64,000 nucleotides of DNA, from positions 26,536,001 through 26,600,000 of the forward strand of contig OX597831.1 in NCBI GenBank assembly GCA_951406725.2, written 5' to 3'. Origin of the DNA: Octopus vulgaris. Lineage: Eukaryota. Made by a program: the position numbers and the translations under genes. Positions 14,481 to 24,500 of this stretch are shown one piece after another. The notes below the pieces were generated by a model. The model worked only from the letters and a program-made list of their open reading frames with translations, was not told the DNA's origin and ran no database searches. Every line of letters starts with the position of its first letter. The first letter of the stretch is position 1.

Positions 14481-14591
14481 TAACCTTAGCTTTTGAATAC
14501 ATATCTGACAATGAAGAATTAATATATAGTTGTGTGAATAAAGCTTTCATAGTAGAGACACATTAAACCATCACAAGCTGAACTGTTGATG

Positions 14592-15030
14592 TATGAGGCG
14601 GGTACCCAAAAGTAACAGGAAACATTCTCTGTGGAACAAACCCATTGTCGTTCAGGCTTCTGCCACTACGAGTCACTTGATGTGACCCTCAGGCATCAGT
14701 CTGCTGACTGGCAGCATCATATTAGGTTGTACTGTCATGTGATGCATCTTTGCTTTGCAGTGCTTCTCCCCTGTTTGGCAATTTTTGCAATGGCTGAATC
14801 GAGAGAACAGCGTGCTTCCATAAAATGTTATTTTCTGCTGGGGGAAAACAGCAGCTGAAATAGTTGTCATGCTTCAAACAGCTTATAAGGATGCTGCCAT
14901 GAGCAAAACACAAGATTATGAGTGATTGCCACACTTTAGGAATGGTCACTTGTTACTTGAAGACCAACCTCATTCAGGATGACTGTCCACCTCACCAAAC
15001 AAGTGAAAGCATCATAAAAATTCATGCACT
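14592..15030 (+). mobile_element. Mariner transposon 5' remnant
   Basis: From 14790: MAESREQRASIKCYFLLG/KTAAEIVVMLQTAYKDAAMSKTQ...FRNG...LEDQPHSG, a mariner N-terminal HTH region with a frameshift and stops. Confidence 0.8.
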
Positions 15031-15079
15031 GAAAGTTCTGAGTTCAATACCTGGTAAGATACTAAGATGAATTACAAGA

Positions 15080-15120
15080 CACCTGAAGAAAGCTGGAATG
15101 TACCCAGCAGAAATGTAGTG
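15080..15120 (+). ncRNA. Minimal type I hammerhead ribozyme motif
   Basis: CAC-CTGAAGA-AA-GCTGG(loop)CCAGC-A-GAAA-TG-TA-GTG. Confidence 0.6.
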
Positions 15121-15715
15121 AAAAAGCAACAACCGAGATGAAGACATCCCTCTGACGAATACATCATATAAAAATTCCTATTCTCAGAAATACAGAACTG
15201 TACTAGGTGTTTGCATTCTTTCTACAACTAAGAGGTAAATTTTGGTTAATTAGGAACTGTCCTCACCCTGACATTACCCTTACACAAAACAATCCTATTA
15301 GGAAGTCGTAATTAAAAGAGATACTCATTAATCAACACTCCAGAAGTTTAAGAGACAATGGGATCAGCAAACACAGAACATACATACACATATGTAAAAA
15401 AGACACAAGCACATACACACACACACATGTAGAGTGATAGGCAAATGCAAAGTAAAACATACACATATGTGTGTGTGTGTGTGTGCACTGGTAGTTTTTG
15501 TCTATATAATTATCAGTACACACACACACCCATATATATATGGGTGTGTGTGTGTGTATGTATCTATGTATATATATATATGTATGTATGTATGTATATA
15601 TATATATATATATATATTGATAAAACGGTAAGATAACAAAAGAAAGAAAGAGACCTCAATATTATGTAAATAGAGGAAATTTATCTATACAATATGTTAC
15701 ATTACTCGGTAGTCA

Positions 15716-15778
15716 AGATAAAACTCTGAGTTTCAGATGCCGAAGTGGAAATCCACAACACCATCTCTTCGGTTATCT
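15716..15778 (-). ncRNA. Type I hammerhead ribozyme motif of the left Penelope arm
   Basis: Exact reverse complement of 18162-18224. Confidence 0.72.
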
Positions 15779-15972
15779 GGCTATTTGAAAACGTTATGAA
15801 AAAATACCGTTAAAAATGAAGGGAAATTACTCTGTTATAACTCTGCTTTGCCTGCGTACTTATACATCGCTCGCATTTTTCGTCATAAAAATTATATAAA
15901 AATACATAAAAATATATAAAAATATATAAAAATATATAAAATCTTCTTGGGACATAACACAGAAAGCATGTT

Positions 15973-16605
15973 CTATCCGTTTTCTTTAGGGGACCAAAAA
16001 CGTAACAGAAATTTAGTCACATGTGGGCATGATCCGAAAAGCTCTGTCCTTGTATTTAGACATGTGGTAGGGTCTAAGCTGCTTTTCCAGATAAGCCATC
16101 TCTCCATGTCGCATAAACTGCACCTTCCGCTGCCGTTAGTATAGGGCTTACATCTGGCCAAAATCTTCCATTGTATGTTATAATCGACACCTTTATCTCT
16201 TAAAGACCAAATATGATTGGATAATTGTGTCGCTTTTCTTTTGTTCCAGTGCCTAAAGCTCAAAGTGTGGTTATTGAACCTGGCCTTGAAATTACCCTCT
16301 GTCAGGCCCACGTATTTCTTCGTCGAAACGGTGTCTTTAGTGGTTATAGAGTTTACAGTAGCTTCATATATGATGGTCTTGGACATGCAAGCTCCATTTA
16401 GCGGGCACAATTCTTTATTCCTGCATGAACAGCTGTTTTCTTCTTGTGTTTTTTGTATGTTATGATTGATTATGTTTTTAAAATTAGTAGTTGAACTAAA
16501 ACTAATTTTTAAATTGTGTCTATTGAAGAGTTTCCTATAAGCATGGTTAACTGGAAAATGTCTATCTATCAGTGCTAGGAAATATTTACCTATATTGAAG
16601 GCCAC
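15973..16605 (-). CDS. Penelope-like GIY-YIG endonuclease domain (fragment of a truncated pol ORF)
   Basis: CSCRNKELCPLNGAC linker; IIYEA...KYVGLTEGNFKARFNNH; CSLCDMERWLI; LNTRTE; CPH. Confidence 0.85.
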   Translation of the reverse strand: MAFNIGKYFLALIDRHFPVNHAYRKLFNRHNLKISFSSTTNFKNIINHNIQKTQEENSCSCRNKELCPLNGACMSKTIIYEATVNSITTKDTVSTKKYVGLTEGNFKARFNNHTLSFRHWNKRKATQLSNHIWSLRDKGVDYNIQWKILARCKPYTNGSGRCSLCDMERWLIWKSSLDPTTCLNTRTELFGSCPHVTKFLLRFWSPKENG

Positions 16606-17334
16606 CTCGGGTGAGTAAGGGGCGTAAACCAGATGACCTTCCTATTTCTATTATTCCTTTTCCTTATTGTTGAGCTGGTGATAGGTGTATATTTTATTTT
16701 TTCGCTAAAACCACTATCTTTTAAAGCTTTATTATAAACTGGGGCAACGCTATTAAAGATGTCCTCATTAGATGAGAGGCTAGAAATCCTCTTACTAATA
16801 TTTTTAACTAAATTTTTGAATACTATAGGGGGATGGCATGAACCTACATTAATATAACTTAGTCTATCATTGGGCTTCCTATAAGGCTTATAAATATTAT
16901 TATTAAGATCTAAGGAAACGTCTAAGAAATTGACAACCGTCAGGTTAGTGTCTATAGTTATAACACTTCGGACTTAGTATAACTATAGACACTAACCTGA
17001 CGGTTGTCAATTTCTTAGACGTTTCCTTAGATCTTAATAATAATATTTATAAGCCTTATAGGAAGCCCAATGATAGACTAAGTTATATTAATGTAGGTTC
17101 ATGCCATCCCCCTATAGTATTCAAAAATTTAGTTAAAAATATTAGTATGAGGATTTCTAGCCTCTCATCTAATGAGGACATCTTTAATAGCGTTGCCCCA
17201 GTTTATAATAAAGCTTTAAAAGATAGTGGTTTTAGCGAAAAATAAAATATACACCTATCACCAGCTCAACAATAAGGAAAAGGAATAATAGAAATAGGAA
17301 GGTCATCTGGTTTACGCCCCCTTACTCACCCGAG

Positions 17335-17967
17335 GTGGCCTTCAATATAGGTAAATATTTCCTAGCACTGATAGATAGACATTTTCCAGTTAACCATGCT
17401 TATAGGAAACTCTTCAATAGACACAATTTAAAAATTAGTTTTAGTTCAACTACCAATTTTAAAAACATAATCAATCATAACATACAAAAAACACAAGAAG
17501 AAAACAGCTGTTCATGCAGGAATAAAGAATTGTGCCCGCTAAATGGAGCTTGCATGTCCAAGACCATTATATATGAAGCTACCGTAAACTCTATAACCAC
17601 TAAAGACACCGTTTCGACGAAGAAATACGTGGGCCTGACAGAGGGTAATTTCAAGGCCAGGTTCAATAACCACACTTTGAACTTTAGGCACTGGAACAAA
17701 AGAAAAGCGACACAATTATCCAATCATATTTGGTCTTTAAGAGATAAAGGTGTCGATTATAACATACAATGGAAGATTTTGGCCAGATGTAAGCCCTATA
17801 CTAACGGCAGCGGAAGGTGCAGTTTATGCGACATGGAGAGATGGCTTATCTGGAAAAGCAGCTTAGACCCTACCACATGTCTAAATACAAGGACAGAGCT
17901 TTTCGGATCATGCCCACATGTGACTAAATTTCTGTTACGTTTTTGGTCCCCTAAAGAAAACGGATAG
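17335..17967 (+). CDS. Penelope-like GIY-YIG endonuclease domain (fragment of a truncated pol ORF)
   Basis: Identical to the left-arm ORF except for one S/N change. Confidence 0.85.
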   Translation: MAFNIGKYFLALIDRHFPVNHAYRKLFNRHNLKISFSSTTNFKNIINHNIQKTQEENSCSCRNKELCPLNGACMSKTIIYEATVNSITTKDTVSTKKYVGLTEGNFKARFNNHTLNFRHWNKRKATQLSNHIWSLRDKGVDYNIQWKILARCKPYTNGSGRCSLCDMERWLIWKSSLDPTTCLNTRTELFGSCPHVTKFLLRFWSPKENG

Positions 17968-18161
17968 AACATGCTTTCTGTGTTATGTCCCAAGAAGATT
18001 TTATATATTTTTATATATTTTTATATATTTTTATGTATTTTTATATAATTTTTATGACGAAAAATGCGAGCGATGTATAAGTACGCAGGCAAAGCAGAGT
18101 TATAACAGAGTAATTTCCCTTCATTTTTAACGGTATTTTTTCATAACGTTTTCAAATAGCC

Positions 18162-18224
18162 AGATAACCGAAGAGATGGTGTTGTGGATTTCCACTTCGG
18201 CATCTGAAACTCAGAGTTTTATCT
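18162..18224 (+). ncRNA. Type I hammerhead ribozyme motif of the right Penelope arm
   Basis: Stem I AGATAA/TTATCT, core CCGAAGA, long stem II GATG..GTGGA/TCCAC..CATC, GAAA, stem III CTC-A-GAG, GUU cleavage triplet. Confidence 0.72.
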
Positions 18225-18278
18225 TGACTACAGATATATATATATATGTATATATATATGGACGTTAAACGATGACGA

Positions 18279-18373
<95 letters not shown>

Positions 18374-18374
18374 T

Positions 18375-18760
18375 GGGAGGCGCAATGGTCCAGTGGTCAG
18401 GGCAGCGGACTCGCGGTCATAGGATCGCGGTTTCGATTCCCAGACCGGGTGTTGTGAGTGTTTATTGAGCGAAAACACCTAAAGCTCCACAAGGCTCCGG
18501 CGGGGATGGTGGTGATCCCTGCTGCACTCTTTCACCACAACTTTCTCTCACTCTTACTTCCTGTTTCTGTTGTACCTGAATTTCAAGGGGCCGGCCTTGT
18601 CACTCTCTGTGTCACGCTGAATATCCCCGAGAACTACGTTAAGGGTACACGTGTTTGTGGAGTGCTCATTAACTTACACGTTAATTTCACGAGCAGGCTG
18701 TTCCGTTGATTCGGATCAACCGGAACCCTCATCGTCGTGACCGACGGAGTGCTTCCATCC
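18375..18760 (+). mobile_element. tRNA-derived SINE family D
   Basis: A box TGGTCCAGTGGTCAGG and B box GGTTTCGATTCCC; its 3' part also occurs at ~40250-40370. Confidence 0.85.
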
Positions 18761-18805
18761 ATATACACACATATACATATATATAATTATATACATATAT
18801 ATGCA

Positions 18806-18861
<56 letters not shown>

Positions 18862-19411
18862 ACATATATACATATATATAAATATATACATATATATGCA
18901 AATAGATATATATACATGTATATAGTGTCAGGGTGAGGACAGTTCCTAATCAACTAAAGTTTATACATATATATATATACATACACATATATGTAGATGT
19001 ATATGTGTATATACAAACACACCAATGTATAGATATATATATATACACATACATATATACACACTCATGTTAAGCTATCAAAGCTAAGCAATCATAATGT
19101 ATGGTAATAGCACTGCATATCACATGCACATGTATGTGTGTACCAGTGTACACATGCATATGTACACATACACACACACATTGTCACTCCCAATACACTA
19201 AACTAATAGATCATCTCAAACGTGAGATTCAGACAGTTCATCTTTAGACCAGTTCTCTTCACAAACACACACACACACATGTATGTGTGTATGTGTGCGT
19301 GCACCTGTGTGTGTGAGAGAGAGAGAGAGTATGTGTAATTGTATGTGGTCTTGTGCGGACAACATGAACATTATAAGTGCTAAATATATATATATGCACT
19401 TATAATTTGTA

Positions 19412-19446
<35 letters not shown>

Positions 19447-19458
19447 GCACTTATAATT

Positions 19459-19503
<45 letters not shown>

Positions 19504-19671
19504 GTATGTATGTATATGTATATATGTATATATGTATACACACACACATATGTATATTAATGTTTGCTTTTGTTTTTAGTATTAATATAAACAATTTTAC
19601 ATTAATCTGAAAGGTTAATCTATACTTTTGTAGAGTACAGATTTATTATTCTCATAGAAGAATGTTTTCGA

Positions 19672-19714
19672 CAGTGATTTCGAAATTTCGGCCAGTTAAG
19701 CCAGCATCAGTTTG
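19672..19714 (-). ncRNA. Degenerate hammerhead-like motif
   Basis: CTGATGC-T-GGCT(loop)GGCC-GAAA-TTTCGAAA-TC; palindromic stem III, poor stem I. Confidence 0.45.
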
Positions 19715-19806
19715 TATTATATCTATAAATATATATATATGATATATATGTATACACATACACACACATATATATTTATACATACATAAATCGTCACCAT
19801 CATCAC

Positions 19807-19850
<44 letters not shown>

Positions 19851-19860
19851 CCATCACCAC

Positions 19861-19897
<37 letters not shown>

Positions 19898-21008
19898 TTC
19901 GTCATTATTTAAAGTCTGTTGTCCATGCTGGCATGGGCTGGATGGTTTGACCAGAGCTGGGAAACTAGAGAGCTGCAGCAGACTCCTGTCTGAATTGGCT
20001 TAGTTTCTATGGCTGGATGCCCTTCCTAATGCCAACCACTTTACAGATTGCTCTAGGTGCTTTAACGTGGCACAATATGGGCCCTTTTGCATAGCCCTGC
20101 ATGGGCACTTTTATGTAGCACTGCCATGAGCAGTGTACACCACCCCAGGGGCTTGTCTTAACGCTTCTGCTTCAGAGTACAGGTCTTCTTGATTACAAGA
20201 AGGCTCCAGCCATCTCACCCCTTTGTCATCTCACCTGAAAGGTTCAGCGTACTGAAGCCATTCTTCAGTACTTTATTCCACATGTTCCTGAGTTTCCCAC
20301 TTCCATGTGTTCCTAATCTTTTTATATTGGTTTCAAATTTTGACACAAGAACAGTTGTGTGTGTGCTAGGATTTACCAATGAGGGCCAAAGGAGTATTCA
20401 TCACATGTAGGTAGAGCTTATTCTGCTTTTTAAAGATGAGTCATAACTTTGTCATTACAGTGAAGGTATGTACCATCATAGAAGTCAACTGTCCTGCTGA
20501 TGTGAATACCTGTTTGAAAATCAAAGAGTAAAAGAGTGAACTATGGATAACTGCTTCAAAATCTCCAGCTTCTTTATCCAGATCATAATTCCAATGATAG
20601 AGTTTTATATCTTTGTTAGAAACCAGTTCCTTGCATAGAGGAAGAATTTGAATAATTAAAAACAGAAGAGAATACATACATATGCTTATGTAAGTAAGTA
20701 ACAGTCAAATACATGTTAATTCATCTTGATGTAGTATGGGGTGTGGCAGTAAGCTAGCAGAAGTAGCAGATTATTTAGGGGAGTTACAATACTTAGGTAG
20801 GTGCCCTATCCAGGAGATATAGTATTCACCTATGCCTTAATGCCATGAAATTTGAGATAACAATTGGACTTTAAATAATACTTGAAACTTAAGCATGCTT
20901 TGTATCTATATGTAGATGCATAGAAGGCAGCTTCCTCTTCTATTTCTCCTTCATTTCACTTTGAATATTTTCATCATACACACACACACAAACATATATA
21001 TATACATA

Positions 21009-21407
21009 TACTCTTTTACTTGTTTCAGATATTTGACTGCGGCCATGCTGGAGCACCACCTTTAGTCGAGCAAATCGACCCCTGGGCTTATTCTTTGTAA
21101 GCCCAGTACTTATTCTATCGGTCTCTTTTGCCGAATCGCTAAGTTACGGGGATGTAAACACACCAGCATCGGTTGTCAAGCAATGCTAGGGAGACAAACA
21201 CAGACACACAAACACACACACATATACATATATATACATATATACGACAGGCTTCTTTCAGTTTCCGTCTACCAAATCCACTCACAAGGCATTGGTCAGC
21301 CCGGGGCTATAGCAGAAGACACTTGCCCAAGATGCCACGCAGTGGGACTGAACCCAGAACCATGTGGATGGTTAGCAAGCTACTTACCACACAGCCACTC
21401 CTGCACC
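21009..21407 (-). mobile_element. SINE family A
   Basis: Full-length copy. Confidence 0.9.
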
Positions 21408-21549
21408 TATATATATGTAAATTTGTACACGTGCACATATATGTATGTATGTATGCATCATGCATGCACTTATGTGTATATACACATCTATTTATCTATC
21501 AATCTAGCTACCATCTATCTGTCTCTCTCAATTTATATATATATATATA

Positions 21550-21749
21550 CTCTTTACTCTTTTACTTGTTTCGGTCATCTGGAGCACCACCTTTAATCAA
21601 GCAAGCCGACCCCTGGACTTATATTATTTGTAAGGCTAGTACTTATTATTTTGGTCTCTTTTGCCAAATCGCTAAGTTACAGGGATGTAAACACACCAGC
21701 ATCGGTGGTCAAGTGATGTTGGGGTACAAACACAGACACACAAACATAT

Positions 21750-21786
<37 letters not shown>

Positions 21787-22046
21787 CCGGAGTAAACACA
21801 TAAATGTGAAACAAGGTGGAAAAAAGAGTACTCAAATACCTGTGGTAGAGTAATATGCTTAATTTAAAGCAGCAGAAAGTTCAACAAAACCTGTTACTCT
21901 GAGTTTCACGTTGCCGTTTTTTCTAGCAAAAACTGTCCAATGAACGGCAACGTGAAACTCAGAGTAACAGGTTTTGTTGAATTTTCTGCTGCTTTAAATA
22001 AAGTATATATATATATACATATATACGACAGGCTTCTTTCAGTTTC
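21550..22046 (-). mobile_element. SINE family A, interrupted in its (TA)n by a hammerhead hairpin element
   Basis: SINE tail at 21550-21760; the SINE resumes at 22025 (ACGACAGGCTTCTTTCAG). Confidence 0.8.
21853..22008. repeat. ~65-bp-arm inverted repeat containing a hammerhead motif (21933-21970, + strand)
   Basis: CTGT-CCAATGA-ACG-GCAA-CGT-GAAA-CTCAGAG-TA-ACAG; the left arm is the antisense copy, cut off inside the core. Confidence 0.85.
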
Positions 22047-22135
22047 TTTCAGTTACCACTCCTCCACTCCTCCACTGATATATATAATATATTTATAAGT
22101 ATATATGTGTGTGTGTTAGATAGATAGATAGGTAG

Positions 22136-22203
<68 letters not shown>

Positions 22204-22257
22204 TAGATATATTATATGCTACATATATAAGAACATTCAAACATTATAGTTAGCAAA

Positions 22258-22415
22258 CTATCTGTGGAGTACATCGTTCATTTAAACATAACTATTTTTC
22301 TATCGACTCAAGTTTCCTTCCACAGAGAGCATCAGATCTCAAGATCTCCATAGTATGAAACTTGAGTTGATAGAAAAATAGTTAAGTTTAAATAAACGAT
22401 AAACACTGCACATAG
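22258..22415. repeat. ~58-bp-arm imperfect inverted repeat with hammerhead halves
   Basis: Both arms read GAAA-CTTGAG-TY-GATAG outward; the minus-strand arm is preceded by CTGATGC. Confidence 0.7.
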
Positions 22416-22555
22416 TTTATAAATAAATAGCATAAAAATACATGTATATTCACACACACAAACACACTCAGATATATATATATATATATACATATATACA
22501 TATATATATAGATATATATATAATATATATATATAGACATGTACATATGTGTGTA

Positions 22556-22589
<34 letters not shown>

Positions 22590-22949
22590 TTTATCTGTTC
22601 ATGCATCTATATTTATATATGCAAATATATACATGTTTATATATGTGTGTGTGTAAACACACATTTATATGCATATATTATATATATATACATATATATA
22701 CATATATATGCATATATATACATATATATATACATATATATACATATATATAAAATATATATATATATTTATATATATATGTATATACACATATACATAT
22801 ATATTTACACATATATATAAATACACACACACACATATATATATATAGATAGATAAAGATATACATATATATATATTTATATGTATGTATTTATATGTGT
22901 GTATATATATGTATATATGTCTATATCTATATATATATATATTTACATT

Positions 22950-22981
<32 letters not shown>

Positions 22982-23581
22982 CATATATACATATATATAT
23001 ATACATATATATATATATAAAGCAAAAGTAAACATACATTGGCAATGTACGAAGTTCTTAATTGATACACTCAAGTTCTTTTTATAGCTTTGGGTTCTGA
23101 TAGCATGATGTCTCCATACCTGAGTGTGTGTATAAGTATGTGTGGTGCATGTGTGTCGTTTTCTCATGTAGGCATATCAATTCAAACAACTTAACGTTGT
23201 CTTGGCTGAACTCAAAGAAGAAATAAACCTGTTCTTTTACAATTCATTTGCAGCCCAGCACGGTATTTTGTTTAGAATACAAGCCACGTGCTGATTGTAA
23301 ATGATTACCTTAGGTAAGATAAGATAATATATAAAAAAAAAACAAAAAAAAAATTGATGATAGTTGGTAGTTGTGGTGGTGATGGTGGTAGTTGTGGTGG
23401 TGGTGGTGGAGATGGCGGTGAAGCAGGTGGTGGTGGTGGTGGTGGTGGCAGCGGCAATGATGGTAGCAGCAGCAGCAGTGACGACAGCGATGGTAGAGGT
23501 GGCAGTGGCAGTGGTGGTGATGGTGGTGGTTATGGGTGTGTAGGTGTGGTAGTGGTTGCAGCAGCAGCAACAGCAGTACCT

Positions 23582-23645
<64 letters not shown>

Positions 23646-23734
23646 AAGCAGCAGCAGCAGTTGTAGTGGTGGTGGTGGTAGTAGTAGTAGTAGTAGCAGC
23701 AGCAGCAGCAGTTGTAGTGGTGGTGGTAGTAGTT

Positions 23735-23768
<34 letters not shown>

Positions 23769-23809
23769 CAGCAGCAACAGCAGCAGTTGTAGTAGTGGTG
23801 GTGGTGGTG

Positions 23810-23859
<50 letters not shown>

Positions 23860-24059
23860 TACCATCAGCACAGGGCTGCGCATGTTAAGGAATGGGGTTA
23901 GACAATTAAATTTAAGCTAATACACGACTAGCACTTTACTTTATTGACCCCCGCATGAATATAATGCAAATTCGATCCTGGTGTCATTTGAACTCCCCAT
24001 GCAAAATTCCAAAAACAATAACGATAATTGTTTCTAATTTAATTTCTAATTTAGGCACA

Positions 24060-24500
24060 ATATCTGAGCAGGAGGACAAAGTTTCTAGTCTTCAGGTCTT
24101 CAGATCACTCGTCCTTTATGTCCTGCTCCATAGTTGTGAAACTTGGACATTGGCCAAAGCCTTCAGTGACCACCTGAACTCTTTTGGTACCAGAATGTTT
24201 CACAGGATTATGGGCTTCCATTGGTCAGATTTCATATCCAATCAACAGTTATACTCTGAAACTGGGATGTGTCCTGTTACATAAAAGATTCAGGAGCATC
24301 AGCTTAGACTGTTTGGTTTTGTGGCTTGAATTTCTGAATTGGATCCTGTATACTGTGCCCTACTCTGTAAGGATCCAGCTAGAGTGAAGGCTCATGTTGG
24401 TCAGCCACATCCCTCATAGTCATGGCAAATGAGAAAGTATTTCACCACAAAGATGGGAACTGACTGAAACATTGCACAGGATTGCCTGGGATGACCTGAG
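24060..24500 (+). mobile_element. Decayed RTE LINE 3' fragment with (GAA)n tail
   Basis: VFRSLVLYVLLHSCETWTL...FGTRMFHRIMGFHWSDFISNQQLY...QLRLFG. Confidence 0.8.

Larger units (their letters stand above)
15618..16962 (-). mobile_element. Penelope-like element, 5'-truncated copy (left arm; longer 3' end)
   Basis: RT C-terminus (NFLDVSLDL...YRKPND..YI...SCHPP), Cys linker, GIY-YIG domain and 3' hammerhead; ends in (TA)n. Confidence 0.92.
16966..18231 (+). mobile_element. Penelope-like element, 5'-truncated copy (right arm)
   Basis: Reads FGLSITIDTNLTVVNFLDVSLDLNNNIYKPYRKPND... from the spacer; 5 substitutions and 2 single-base indels relative to the left arm. Confidence 0.92.

Noticed and set aside
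15973-17967. Prokaryotic homing endonuclease, retron or toxin-antitoxin reading of the paired ORFs
   Set aside because: The upstream sequence is a PLE RT C-terminus and the context is animal repeats; there is no operon structure.
15947-17993. 65-aa and 82-aa ORFs antisense to the GIY-YIG frames
   Set aside because: Shadow ORFs, duplicated only because of the palindrome.
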